Shown here: positions 9,202 to 19,294 of the stretch, piece after piece
Layout of the letters: each line of letters begins with the position of its first letter
Position numbering within the stretch: the first letter of the stretch is position 1
DNA from: Thermotogota bacterium
Lineage (GTDB): Bacteria > Thermotogota > Thermotogae > Petrotogales > Petrotogaceae
DNA length: 64,000 nt
Direction of reading: 5' to 3'
Assembly (NCBI GenBank): GCA_051748045.1
Contig: JBNJGY010000002.1
Coordinates: 23,498-87,497, forward strand
Notes under the pieces: model-generated
The model's database searches: none
The model's input: only the letters and a program-made list of their open reading frames with translations
What the model was told of the DNA's origin: nothing
Translations under genes and position numbers: made by a program

Positions 9202-11422
9202 ATTCAAATCCACCTTGAAAATCTTTATCCCATCCGTATTCAAATCTTAGTTGACCTAAGAAAGGGACTGTTAATTTTACTCCTGCTCCAAAAGAATAAA
9301 TCGGATCATTGAACAAATTACCAAATTCATCATTAGCATTACCCATATCAAAAAAAGTGAATAAATCAATTGGTACAGGAGATTTAGAAACTTCATACAT
9401 AACTTCTGTATTAAATAAGAACATTTTATCTCCAACCTCAGGAGTGTTATATGTCCTAACTGTATTCATTCCTCCTACTAAATATCTATATAAATCAGAA
9501 GAATCATTTGCGTATCCTACCTTCAATCTTGAGCCACTAGTAAACTTATAAAGACTTCTAAAAAATTTTCCTTCTAAATTTACTCCATAATAATTGTTTG
9601 AAAAATTTTCTAAACTTGCAGCTCCAAAAACGCTTGAAGAAAAATACTCTCCATCATAAGGTCTATAAGGACTATCAAGCCTATTATATAAATATCCTAA
9701 AGAACCTGAACCTTGTTGAATTTCTCCCTTTTCATCTGTATTATAATAATCATAAGAAATACTATTGGTTATATAAGAAAAATCACTTATTTGATATTTA
9801 GGAGAAATATCGAATGAAAATTGATTTGTAACGGTTGCATTTATTGTATCATTTGAAATACCTTTTGGAGTATATTTATAATCAAATTTAACTCCCAAAT
9901 CAGTATTAGATCTAAATAATTTGATAACATCATAACTTAAACCAATTTTATAGAATTCATTTAAAGGATTAATTTCTGAGTTAATTCCAAAAGTTTGTCC
10001 ATATCCAAAAGGATTAGGAGTGTTTATTTCTGCATACCCAGAAAAGCCATAATACCATGGGTCATTTTCAGGATAAGTCCAATTAATTCCACCTATGAAC
10101 TTCCCTCTTTTAGTTGATTCTATAGGTTTTAAAGAAAAATTAACGTATTCTTCTTCCATTGAGGTTGGTAATAATTCAACATCATCATAAAATCCTGATC
10201 CTGTAAATGCTCTTACTGTATTTCTCAAATATTTGGAATTAGCTGGATCATCCTTTTCCATGTTAACAAAAGAATTCATTATATAATTCTGTGTTTTGGC
10301 AGTTGCTTCTTTGGTAATATCTACATTACCAATTTTCTTTTCTTTTATATTGAAAGTCAAGTTATTTTCTGTATAGTTTACATCGATTTCTGTAAATAGA
10401 TATTCATTTTCTTTGTATAATTGAGATATTTTATCCAAAGCTTTCAATATATCTAAATTTGTTATTTTAGATTGAGAAGTTACTTCTTTAATTGAGTCTT
10501 TAATTCTAAAATCTTCAATAAAATTATTACCTTCTAAATATACATTTTCAAGAGATTTTTCTTCATCTATATATTTTGGCATTTCCCCGCCGATAACAAG
10601 TAATAGTTCTCCACCAATATTATCTTCTATATCTATCTGTTCAAAATTTATACTTGTTTTCTCTGAGAAATAAGGCATTTCTCTCAATGTTCCAATTAAA
10701 GTTTGCATAGACTCATTTGAAGGATAAGTTTTTTCTTTTGAAGCTCTAAATAAGATGAACTTTTCAGACCAATCTTTTCTGAAATTAAACTCCAATCTTT
10801 TTTTGAGTTCTTCTTTATCTAAGTTAGAAAATTCATCTGATAATTTTATATCCCATAATGAAAATTCTGTAATTTCAAAAACTAAAGTATCTGTAGAATA
10901 AGATGTTTTTTCAGTTTTATATTCATCAAAAGATAAATCATCACCAGATAAATTTATATTTGATTTTACAGTGATATAAGGATATCCTTTACTACTATAT
11001 ATTTCATTAATCTTTTGAATAGTAGTTTTATATGTATTGATGTTTAAAGGTAATCCTTTATTAAGGTCCAAAGATTTTAGCAAATCTTGTTTTTTGACTA
11101 ATTTATCACCATTTATTTCAATTGCATAATCTTTTACAATTGGATTATAAGTTATAAGAAACTCTAAATAGCCTTTGTCTTCATTGAGAATAAAGTCAAT
11201 AGACGAAAAATATCCTATTTCTCCCATTTGTCTGATTGCAAGTTTGATATCAATCTCACCTACATATTTACCCTCTTCGATGTCATAATCTTTTAAAATA
11301 GAATTGACTTCTGTTGCTGTGAAACTAATATCTTTGTTAAACTCTATATTATCTAGTTTTGTAATAGAAAATGAAATTACTACAACCATTAATAGAGTTA
11401 AAAGCAATAAACTTTTTTTCAT
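9179..11422 (-). CDS. bamA: Omp85/BamA-family outer membrane assembly protein
   Basis: Signal peptide, POTRA-like repeats, GGMNTVRTY (VRGY-like loop 6), C-terminal LRFEYGW...FEFGFGQVF. Confidence 0.85.
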   Translation of the reverse strand: MKKSLLLLTLLMVVVISFSITKLDNIEFNKDISFTATEVNSILKDYDIEEGKYVGEIDIKLAIRQMGEIGYFSSIDFILNEDKGYLEFLITYNPIVKDYAIEINGDKLVKKQDLLKSLDLNKGLPLNINTYKTTIQKINEIYSSKGYPYITVKSNINLSGDDLSFDEYKTEKTSYSTDTLVFEITEFSLWDIKLSDEFSNLDKEELKKRLEFNFRKDWSEKFILFRASKEKTYPSNESMQTLIGTLREMPYFSEKTSINFEQIDIEDNIGGELLLVIGGEMPKYIDEEKSLENVYLEGNNFIEDFRIKDSIKEVTSQSKITNLDILKALDKISQLYKENEYLFTEIDVNYTENNLTFNIKEKKIGNVDITKEATAKTQNYIMNSFVNMEKDDPANSKYLRNTVRAFTGSGFYDDVELLPTSMEEEYVNFSLKPIESTKRGKFIGGINWTYPENDPWYYGFSGYAEINTPNPFGYGQTFGINSEINPLNEFYKIGLSYDVIKLFRSNTDLGVKFDYKYTPKGISNDTINATVTNQFSFDISPKYQISDFSYITNSISYDYYNTDEKGEIQQGSGSLGYLYNRLDSPYRPYDGEYFSSSVFGAASLENFSNNYYGVNLEGKFFRSLYKFTSGSRLKVGYANDSSDLYRYLVGGMNTVRTYNTPEVGDKMFLFNTEVMYEVSKSPVPIDLFTFFDMGNANDEFGNLFNDPIYSFGAGVKLTVPFLGQLRFEYGWDKDFQGGFEFGFGQVF

Positions 11423-11973
11423 TATTTTACCTCCTTTAATTCATTTTCTGATGAAGTTATTATTTCTTTTAATTCTTTCATTACTGAAATTTTATTTATA
11501 TCACCAATTATTTCTTTTAGTTTTTTAGTATTTATGTTATATTCATTTTCTTTAAATTTTCTTATTATTTTCCAATTAATTTCTGTATTAATATATATTA
11601 CACTGAAAATAGTAGTAGATAGATCACCTATGGGCTGACAATCAATATGATTCTTTTTAAAATTACAACTTATTTTTGTTCCTTCTCCTTTTTTTGAATT
11701 GATTTCAAAATATCCACCAGTTAGTTCTGAAGAATATTTTAAAAAAGGAAGCCCTACACCTATTTTTTTAACTCTTTCTTTTTTTGTGGTGAAAAAAGGA
11801 TCTAGAGCCAAATTAATCTGTTCTTTATCCATACCTCTACCATCATCTTCAATTACAAATTTAAAGTTTTCATCAGTTTCTATTATTTTTAAAATACAAT
11901 TTTTAGAATTTGAATAAGCTGCATTTTCACAAATATCAAAAATATGATCTGATATTGTATTTAATGTTGCCAT
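11422..11973 (-). CDS. Stand-alone HATPase_c (histidine kinase-like ATPase)
   Basis: DICENA, IEDDGRGM, DPFFTTK, GVGLPFL, HIDCQPIGDL; no HisKA domain. Confidence 0.85.
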   Translation of the reverse strand: MATLNTISDHIFDICENAAYSNSKNCILKIIETDENFKFVIEDDGRGMDKEQINLALDPFFTTKKERVKKIGVGLPFLKYSSELTGGYFEINSKKGEGTKISCNFKKNHIDCQPIGDLSTTIFSVIYINTEINWKIIRKFKENEYNINTKKLKEIIGDINKISVMKELKEIITSSENELKEVK

Positions 11974-12689
11974 TTGGGATACACCTTCTTGTTTTTTATA
12001 GCTTTTTTTAATTCATCAAATGATCTTGAATTTGCTTCTACTTCACATGAATGAGAGTATAATTGATCTGGTGTGTGAGTATCATTTCCGAATATAAAAT
12101 TATGAAAACCTAATTTTTTAGCCATTATTATTTCGGATTCCTTTTTAACTTCAACTGCATCAAAATATAAATCTTTAGGTGGTATACCTAATTGTGTTAT
12201 AAGCCCGAATGCTCTAAAAATATGTGCTGGAAAAATAATTGTTTTATATTTAGAAGCTTCATGAACAACTTTATTAATACTATATTTTGAAGAACTTCCT
12301 AAGTATGGTTTTTCGAGAACAGAATCGAACTCAGAGGAGTCATTTAATATAATTTGATAACCAAATTTTTCAGGATTATATTCTTTAATAGTTAATGAAT
12401 CTTCTATAAATTTTCCAAATAAAATACTTTCTTCCATCTTTTCAAACAAAACTACTATATGGATCTCTTCAGCTGTTTCTACTTCTATTCCTGGAATTAT
12501 TTTTATATCGGTAGTTTTAAAGTAATTAATAAAAGGTTTAATATTTTTTGTAGAATTATGATCTGTAATTGCAATCCAGTTTATATTGCTTTTTGTTAAA
12601 TGCTTTTTATATAAATCTGCTGTCATTGTTATATCTGCACAAGGGGATAATACTGTATGATTATGAAATGAACAATTAAAAATAGCCAT
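11961..12689 (-). CDS. PHP-domain phosphoesterase
   Basis: HNHTVLSPCAD, ITDHNS, GIEVETAEEIH, PAHI, NDTH. Confidence 0.88.
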   Translation of the reverse strand: MAIFNCSFHNHTVLSPCADITMTADLYKKHLTKSNINWIAITDHNSTKNIKPFINYFKTTDIKIIPGIEVETAEEIHIVVLFEKMEESILFGKFIEDSLTIKEYNPEKFGYQIILNDSSEFDSVLEKPYLGSSSKYSINKVVHEASKYKTIIFPAHIFRAFGLITQLGIPPKDLYFDAVEVKKESEIIMAKKLGFHNFIFGNDTHTPDQLYSHSCEVEANSRSFDELKKAIKNKKVYPKWQH

Positions 12690-13021
12690 TATTTTTTTAA
12701 AAGATTATATATTTTTCCAGTAACTTCAAAACCAGACATATTGGTTTTTAATAAATTTATATCCATATTCTTTGCCTTTTCTAAAGTTTCTGGTAAATAA
12801 TTTAATCCTTCTGGAATCAAAATGGCATTAGCTCCTACCACTTCAGCAACTGCAATTACATTTTGGTGTGTTTGGTGAGTAATCCAGATACATTTTTCTT
12901 CTGCATTTCTCATTACTTCTGATAAAAGATCTCCTATATGACCTTTTTCTATTTCTGTATCTAAGTTTCCTTTATTTATGATTTCTAAATCTAAATTATC
13001 GATTATAGTATTTAAGTTCAA
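12689..13021 (-). CDS. DRTGG-domain protein
   Basis: GHIGDLLSEVM, IWITHQTHQNVIAVA; TTG start. Confidence 0.8.
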   Translation of the reverse strand: MNLNTIIDNLDLEIINKGNLDTEIEKGHIGDLLSEVMRNAEEKCIWITHQTHQNVIAVAEVVGANAILIPEGLNYLPETLEKAKNMDINLLKTNMSGFEVTGKIYNLLKK

Positions 13022-13022
13022 C

Positions 13023-13982
13023 TCATTTATCCCCCTTTTTGTTCAAATAGAAGAGCATTTCTAATTTTACGCCTTTATTTAAGCTAGATATTAATGTCAT
13101 TCTGTCTGAAAACCTTTTCATGTTTGGCAATCCCATACCTGCACCAAAACCTTTTTCTCTAACATTTTCAGGAGCAGTGGAATAACCTTCTGTTAAAGCA
13201 ATTTCTATATCTTCAATTCCCTTTCCTTGGTCTTCTAAAAAAACTTTAATATGATCTTCTTTTATCCAACAATATATACATCCTGGAGAATTGGAATGTA
13301 TTACTATGTTAGCTTCCCCTTCATATGTTGAAATTGATATTTTTCTAACTAAATCAGGTTCTATATTTTTTTCCAATAAAAATTTCTTTAGTTTAGTAGC
13401 TCCCAACCCTATCATTTCAACTGATTCATAATCAACTTTAAATTTGAAATCTGAGTTTTCTCTGTTGACTTCTTCTCCAGTTATGGAAGAAACAAATTGT
13501 TCGTTTAAAGCTTTGTATCTTCTATCATCATGAACGTATATATAACCTAACTTTTTGAACATCCATTCTAGAATATCTAGCTTTGTTACTACACCCACCA
13601 CTTTTCCAGAAGAGTTACAAACAGGATATCTACCATATCTTTTAGAATCGTTTAATTCTAGAAATTTCATGATTGTATCATCTGTTTGTAAATGGGTTAC
13701 TTCTCTAGTCATCCATTTATCAACTTTTTCTTCAAGATTTCCTTTTTCAAAAACTTTTATTATATCTTCAATGGAGATTATACCAGCTAATTTTAAATTT
13801 CGCTTAATTACAGGCATACCTGAAATACCTTTTATTCTCATAACTTCTTTTGCATATTTGATTTTTGTTTCCTCTGTTACGACAATAGGAGGAGAACTCA
13901 TTATATTTTCTATAGAGGTATTTGAGAATACTTTTGATAAAGTATTCACAAGTTTATCTACATCATTATGAGGTTCTATCAT
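13023..13982 (-). CDS. CBS-pair + RsbT-like Ser/Thr kinase (HATPase_c)
   Basis: Two CBS repeats (ISGMPV...GIISIEDI; YGRYPV...GVVTKLDI), then YEGEANIVIH, EDQGKGIEDI, EGYSTA, GFGAGMGLPNM. Confidence 0.88.
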   Translation of the reverse strand: MIEPHNDVDKLVNTLSKVFSNTSIENIMSSPPIVVTEETKIKYAKEVMRIKGISGMPVIKRNLKLAGIISIEDIIKVFEKGNLEEKVDKWMTREVTHLQTDDTIMKFLELNDSKRYGRYPVCNSSGKVVGVVTKLDILEWMFKKLGYIYVHDDRRYKALNEQFVSSITGEEVNRENSDFKFKVDYESVEMIGLGATKLKKFLLEKNIEPDLVRKISISTYEGEANIVIHSNSPGCIYCWIKEDHIKVFLEDQGKGIEDIEIALTEGYSTAPENVREKGFGAGMGLPNMKRFSDRMTLISSLNKGVKLEMLFYLNKKGDK

Positions 13983-14347
13983 CTTAATCCCTCATCTGTA
14001 CCCATTGCATCCTTTAGACCATTTTTTTGTAGAACTGAACAAGCCATAAACATAGAAAGATGTGTTTTTAGAATGGTAATATCTAAGTCTTTAGCTATAT
14101 TTTTTATATTTTCGCTTATTTCTTTTCCTCTAACAAAAATGATTCCTTTAGCTCCTATTACTGCAGCAGTAGTAATAGTTTGAGGACTAGTCAATCCAGT
14201 TATTAAAAACATATTTTCTTTAGAAAAAGCAAGAAAATCTGACATTAAGTCAGATGCTCCTGCATATTCTATATTAAAATCATTTATATTATCCGATTTA
14301 GTTATAATTTCTGATTTAGTAATTTCAATTAATTCAGCTAAATTCAT
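13979..14347 (-). CDS. DRTGG-domain protein
   Basis: GASDLMSDFLAF, LITGLTSPQTITTA, IIFVRGK; RBS AAGGAGG before ATG 14347. Confidence 0.8.
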   Translation of the reverse strand: MNLAELIEITKSEIITKSDNINDFNIEYAGASDLMSDFLAFSKENMFLITGLTSPQTITTAAVIGAKGIIFVRGKEISENIKNIAKDLDITILKTHLSMFMACSVLQKNGLKDAMGTDEGLR

Positions 14348-14357
14348 CTTTTCCTCC

Positions 14358-15050
14358 TTATCCAAGTATGTTTCCTTTATAGTCGGTATTTAAAAATGAT
14401 TCATATGTCCAAGGACAAATATTTTGAAAAATATTAGCCATCGCTTTAGCATACTCTTGAATTTCCCATTGAGCATGAGAATCAGCTCTTAAATTAAAAA
14501 AATGCATTAAAGCTCTCGCGTTGGCAGTTAAATAAAACTCAGTATATTGTCCTACAGGTAAAACCATTCTAGCCATTTCTCTGGCAACACCCTTGTTTAA
14601 GAGGTCTTTATAAACATTATAAGCCTCTTCATAAGCTTTATCAATTTTTTTTATTGACTCTTTAGTAATATTATCATCGTTAGATTTAAAACTTCCTTGT
14701 TTATTTTTTATGTCTTGTAATCTTATATGGTCTGGTACATAAAATTCATCAGCTTGTTTGCTAGTGTATCTTCTGCTTATTTCATTAGGTGACATACCAA
14801 CCCTATGTCTAAACCACTGTCTAACTACAAAAATAGGAGCCTTTACATGGAACGTGAATGAAATATGTTCAAAAGGAGAAAAATGTCCATGCAGTAATAA
14901 ATAATTTATTAATTTTTTATCTCTTTCTTCAGTGGATAATTCTTTTCCATATGAAACTCTTGCAGCTTTAACAGCAGATCTATCATCACCCATATGATCT
15001 ACTAACTGTACAAATCCTTTATCTAATACTTCAATCTTTTTGTTCTTCAT
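14358..15050 (-). CDS. thyX: FAD-dependent thymidylate synthase
   Basis: AARVSY, HFSPFEH, RHR...[22 protein letters not shown]. Confidence 0.96.
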   Translation of the reverse strand: MKNKKIEVLDKGFVQLVDHMGDDRSAVKAARVSYGKELSTEERDKKLINYLLLHGHFSPFEHISFTFHVKAPIFVVRQWFRHRVGMSPNEISRRYTSKQADEFYVPDHIRLQDIKNKQGSFKSNDDNITKESIKKIDKAYEEAYNVYKDLLNKGVAREMARMVLPVGQYTEFYLTANARALMHFFNLRADSHAQWEIQEYAKAMANIFQNICPWTYESFLNTDYKGNILG

Positions 15051-16209
15051 TAATAATTTCATCCCTTTCTTTTTGAGGCTTTTTGTTTATATAGTAATAA
15101 AATAGAAAAAATATAAAACTAAAAATTAAAAAATATGGTAAAATGTTAATCAAAAAATTTTCTACCATAAAATCATAATTAATTTTCTTTAATAATAAAA
15201 CAGCTTCTTCATTATTATTATCATAATGAATAGATTTTTGAAGATAAATTCTAACTAAATTTAAATAAGTCTTTCCATTTTTATCATAATGAGCTTTTGC
15301 TAGTTTATACAAAGAATCTGGATTATGAGAGTCATATTCTAGAGATTTTTCATAATATTTGATTTTTTGAGAATTTGTATTTGAAATATCACCCATTAAT
15401 TCATAAGTGGAAGCTAAAACATATTTATCATCAGCATCGTTTATTATATTTTCTAAAATAGGATTAACTTTTTTATCTTCTCCAGATATAGAAAATCCCT
15501 TTGCAAAAATTAACAAAGTTGAGTTGTTTTTTTCATTTAGATTAGAATAAATTTGATATAAATTTTCTAAATACTCAAATCTATGAGATTCATAAGAGAT
15601 TGTAGTTAATAATTCGATGATAGTTTTATTTTCCGGAAAGTTTCTATAAATTTCTTCTAATTTATCAAAAGACTTTCCTGGCTCAGAAATATATTTTGAA
15701 TACCATTTAATATAAGAATAATGATATGCTGATAATGGATTTATACCTATCTTATCTTCAATAAATTTAGATTGATCAATTATAATTTGTTCAGTAGAGA
15801 GATTTCTCTCCTCTTCCCATACTTTAAAGGTAAAAACAGTGTATAATCCATTTAATATTATTGAATTACTATAATTATTTAATGCATTTTTCAGCTTGTT
15901 TTGAATAAAATTATAATTATTAGGAATGCTTTCGGATAAAATATTCAAAGCTGTAGAATCATCTGCACTTAAATTCTCTATATTTTCAGCTCTTAACATA
16001 TTTGCAGTATTTTTGTATTCTTGATTCCCAGTTTCAATATACTTCAAATACAAACCTAATGAATTTAAACTATTATCATTTTTTCTTATTAATTGACTTG
16101 GTTCAAAACTATACACATAATTGTCTAATTTGGTTGATATAGAAATTAAAGAAATTAAAACTAGAAATAAAACTAAAAAATATTTTTTATTAATTCTCAT
16201 TCTCCTCAT
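15031..16209 (-). CDS. Exported TPR-repeat protein with C-terminal membrane anchor
   Basis: N-terminal signal, TPR-like helices ([24 protein letters not shown]), hydrophobic C-terminal helix. Confidence 0.65.
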   Translation of the reverse strand: MRRMRINKKYFLVLFLVLISLISISTKLDNYVYSFEPSQLIRKNDNSLNSLGLYLKYIETGNQEYKNTANMLRAENIENLSADDSTALNILSESIPNNYNFIQNKLKNALNNYSNSIILNGLYTVFTFKVWEEERNLSTEQIIIDQSKFIEDKIGINPLSAYHYSYIKWYSKYISEPGKSFDKLEEIYRNFPENKTIIELLTTISYESHRFEYLENLYQIYSNLNEKNNSTLLIFAKGFSISGEDKKVNPILENIINDADDKYVLASTYELMGDISNTNSQKIKYYEKSLEYDSHNPDSLYKLAKAHYDKNGKTYLNLVRIYLQKSIHYDNNNEEAVLLLKKINYDFMVENFLINILPYFLIFSFIFFLFYYYINKKPQKERDEIINEEQKD

Positions 16210-17566
16210 TAAATCCTTTCATAATTATTTTTTCCTCATGTAGTATGAATCTAACTTTTGTTATTTCTTTATTGGGGAAAAATTTCTTTTTGTGAATCAT
16301 TACTTCAGCTCCAGGATAAATAACTTCTTTAGCTATTATTTCTCCGCCTTGTTTAGAATTTTTTATAGATTTTTGTAATCTTTCTAAATGTAATTCATTT
16401 TTTGATAAATGACTTTTTAGTTCTTTAGCTGTTTGAACAGTTTTTCTATATTGCTCAACTTTAGACTTATCTAATTTTTTTTCTTTTTTTAATTTCATAA
16501 GACCTTTTAATATCATTGATAATTTCTTTAAATTTTGTACGTCTAAAGCTATTTGACTTTCCAGAACTGTCATTTCTTCATTTAAAGTAGGAGGTACTCC
16601 AACTTCACAGCTTGTTTTGACACTCATTCTACTTCCAATGTAAGCAGCTGAGATTCTATTACCAGCCATTAAAGTTCCACCAGAAATTCTTCCATTTTTA
16701 TCTGTTATTTCTATTTTTTCACCAGCTTTTATAAGCGAATTAATAGATGATTGTCTTATAATAACATCTTTTTCGACTTCTATATCTTCATTTTCTACAT
16801 AATTTGTTTCAAGGCGTTCTGCTTTAATAATTCCTTTACTACCACCTTTAATACCATTAACTATAATAGTTCCTCCAGATATTAATGTAGCTGCTTCTAC
16901 TACACCTTCTATTTCAATATCTTCTTCTGCTTCTACAACAAAACCAGGTTTAACATTTCCTTTTATTATAACTTTACCCGGGAATCTGACGTTTCCTGTA
17001 GAATAATCAACGTCTCCTTTTATTGTATGAACTTTTGAAACATCTATATAAAAAGTATTTTCATTTTCTCTTTTGAAAATCAACTCACCAGGAGTAGCAG
17101 CATAAATTTTACCTTGTTCAACTTTAGTGTTTTTACCAGTTACTACTTTAGGTTCTTGACCTTTTAATCCTTCAATTTCATTACCATAAACATCTTTACC
17201 AGGTTCTCCCTTTGTAGCTGGTATTATTTCTGCTATTAAATCATCTTCTTCAAGTGAAATAATGCTAGACCTTTCCCTCATATTAATATATTTTTCAGAA
17301 GACTTATTCTCTTTCTTTTTAACTCTTAATTCAAGGCGACCTTTTTCTCCATTTTTAGGTCCAACCCCATAAGCTATAGAATACTCTTTTTCATAAATAG
17401 GATTTTGAACAATATCTGAAATAACATCTTCTTGGATCCCATAAACAATCTCATTATTTTCTAAAATTGAATAAATTTCTTCTTTATATGGTTCAGCTCC
17501 ATCATCTGTTAATACGATACTAGCAACCATATTATCCCCTGAAACTTTTAATTTGTATTTAGCCAT
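16190..17566 (-). CDS. DUF342/FapA family protein
   Basis: GDVDYSTGNVRFPGKVIIKGNV beta-helix, GEPGKDVYG, IYPG. Confidence 0.85.
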   Translation of the reverse strand: MAKYKLKVSGDNMVASIVLTDDGAEPYKEEIYSILENNEIVYGIQEDVISDIVQNPIYEKEYSIAYGVGPKNGEKGRLELRVKKKENKSSEKYINMRERSSIISLEEDDLIAEIIPATKGEPGKDVYGNEIEGLKGQEPKVVTGKNTKVEQGKIYAATPGELIFKRENENTFYIDVSKVHTIKGDVDYSTGNVRFPGKVIIKGNVKPGFVVEAEEDIEIEGVVEAATLISGGTIIVNGIKGGSKGIIKAERLETNYVENEDIEVEKDVIIRQSSINSLIKAGEKIEITDKNGRISGGTLMAGNRISAAYIGSRMSVKTSCEVGVPPTLNEEMTVLESQIALDVQNLKKLSMILKGLMKLKKEKKLDKSKVEQYRKTVQTAKELKSHLSKNELHLERLQKSIKNSKQGGEIIAKEVIYPGAEVMIHKKKFFPNKEITKVRFILHEEKIIMKGFNEENEN

Positions 17567-17581
17567 TGATAAACCTCCAGA

Positions 17582-17986
17582 TTAAACTAAATTTTTTGAT
17601 AATATCTGTACATTACCTTTCTCTGTATCCACCCATTCTATACTATCAAAAACATTATTAATTATATATACCCCTAAACCATTATCTTGATAATCTTCAA
17701 GATCACGATGTTTGATTTCTTCAACATTAATTTTTGGACCATTATCTTTCAAAGTTACAATTAATTTTTTCTTGTCAATAATAATTTCTAAATAAATAAA
17801 ATTATCCTCTTCGAAATTATATGTATGTTCAATAATATTTGCGATTGCTTCATTAACTGCCAACTCAATCATGAAAATTTCATCGGCATTGTCATAATTA
17901 TTCAATTTTAAAAAATCTTTTAATGTTGAACGTACTAATCTTATATACTTTTTGTCTGATAATATTCCTAAATTAAGTTTTTGCAT
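17582..17986 (-). CDS. Anti-sigma factor / Ser kinase (RsbW/SpoIIAB-like)
   Basis: ELAVNEAIANIIEHTY, LKDNG, GLGVYII. Confidence 0.88.
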   Translation of the reverse strand: MQKLNLGILSDKKYIRLVRSTLKDFLKLNNYDNADEIFMIELAVNEAIANIIEHTYNFEEDNFIYLEIIIDKKKLIVTLKDNGPKINVEEIKHRDLEDYQDNGLGVYIINNVFDSIEWVDTEKGNVQILSKNLV

Positions 17987-17996
17987 TTCTTCACCA

Positions 17997-18794
17997 TCAC
18001 CAAATTAAAAATTTGCCTTTCCATCTAGCTATTTTAACCCGACCAGTTTTTAAGCTAAAATCTTTTGCTATATCTTTTTTCATTAAAGTAATTACTGGTT
18101 TTAAATTCTTGATAACTTCTAAACCACCAGAATAAAGAAAATCTGCGGAAAGGTCTTCTGGAATTTTTAATATATCTTTTTTATAAAGAGAAAAAACTTT
18201 TTTGGCATTTTTTTCCCCTATGAGATTTTTTAAATTTTCAAAATTTTTTTCTTTTGAAATCAAATCTAATCTTTTAGCCTCATCTAATGAATATGTACAA
18301 CCACAGTATTTTTGTCTGTAAATATCGTATGACCTACAAATTTCTGCGGCTCTTTTTACCCCATTATTAGATCTAAAATTAACGTATAAAAAATTAATTC
18401 CATACTTTTCTGCGTAAAAGTCTCCCCATTTTTTAATTATTTCATGAGATTTTCTTGGAGAAGCCAATAATGTAGTTGAATAAAATTCAAATCCCAACTC
18501 TTCAGCTCTTTTTGCAGATTCTTCTAATCTAAATTTTATACATTCTGAACATCTATTTTTCATATTTTGTGTAACAAAATTATAAAAGATTTCGGTATTA
18601 TAAGTTTCTTTTATAATTTCAAGATTCCAAATTTTAGAAAGTTTTATAACTTCTTCTTTTCTCTTAATATATTCATCTTGAGGATGTATATTTGGATTAT
18701 AGAAAAAAAGAGTGGGTATAATTTTTTTATCTATCAATTTTTCATAAGAAACTGTTAAATCAGGTGCACAACAAACATGAAGAAAAATCTTCAA
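17997..18794 (-). CDS. queH: Epoxyqueuosine reductase QueH (DUF208)
   Basis: HVCCAPD, FYNPNIHP, RCSEC, SPRK, YRQKYCGC; TTG start. Confidence 0.92.
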   Translation of the reverse strand: MKIFLHVCCAPDLTVSYEKLIDKKIIPTLFFYNPNIHPQDEYIKRKEEVIKLSKIWNLEIIKETYNTEIFYNFVTQNMKNRCSECIKFRLEESAKRAEELGFEFYSTTLLASPRKSHEIIKKWGDFYAEKYGINFLYVNFRSNNGVKRAAEICRSYDIYRQKYCGCTYSLDEAKRLDLISKEKNFENLKNLIGEKNAKKVFSLYKKDILKIPEDLSADFLYSGGLEVIKNLKPVITLMKKDIAKDFSLKTGRVKIARWKGKFLIW

Positions 18795-19291
18795 AATTCA
18801 ATCAGTCCTTCCAAATTGGTTAAAACATTTTTATTTAATCCTATTTTAATAAGATCATTATAATCTTTAATTTTTTGTATTTTTCTATAATCAATAATTC
18901 TTTCTGCAGAAACATCACCAATTCCAGGTAATAATACTAATTCTTCTTTTGAAGCTTGATTAATGTTCATTTTATTGTTTTTAATTATAATTGTTTTTTG
19001 GGATATAAAGATATAATTTTTAATTTTTTCATAAGTTGCCTTTCCTATTCCACTAACCTTCATTATGTCCTCTATTTTTGAAAAAGAATATTTTTTTCTG
19101 TAATCTAAAATATTTTGAGCTTTAGACCTTCCTATACCTGGTATTTTAATTAAATCATATAAATCGCTGGTTAATAGATCTATTTTTTTAATTTTATAGT
19201 CAGAGTCTTCTGAGGATTTATTGTTCATCAAAAAACCAAGTGAAAAAACTATTATAATAAAAATTAACACAAAAATTAGTTTTATTTTCAT
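18791..19291 (-). CDS. comEA: ComEA-like helix-hairpin-helix DNA-binding protein
   Basis: N-terminal TM helix; IPGIGRSKAQNI, VSGIGKAT, NINQASKEELVLLPGIG. Confidence 0.8.
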   Translation of the reverse strand: MKIKLIFVLIFIIIVFSLGFLMNNKSSEDSDYKIKKIDLLTSDLYDLIKIPGIGRSKAQNILDYRKKYSFSKIEDIMKVSGIGKATYEKIKNYIFISQKTIIIKNNKMNINQASKEELVLLPGIGDVSAERIIDYRKIQKIKDYNDLIKIGLNKNVLTNLEGLIEF

Positions 19292-19294
19292 CTA

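Noticed and set aside
9033-9218. 61-aa plus-strand ORF
   Set aside because: It lies antisense over the cobalamin riboswitch, which explains the sequence
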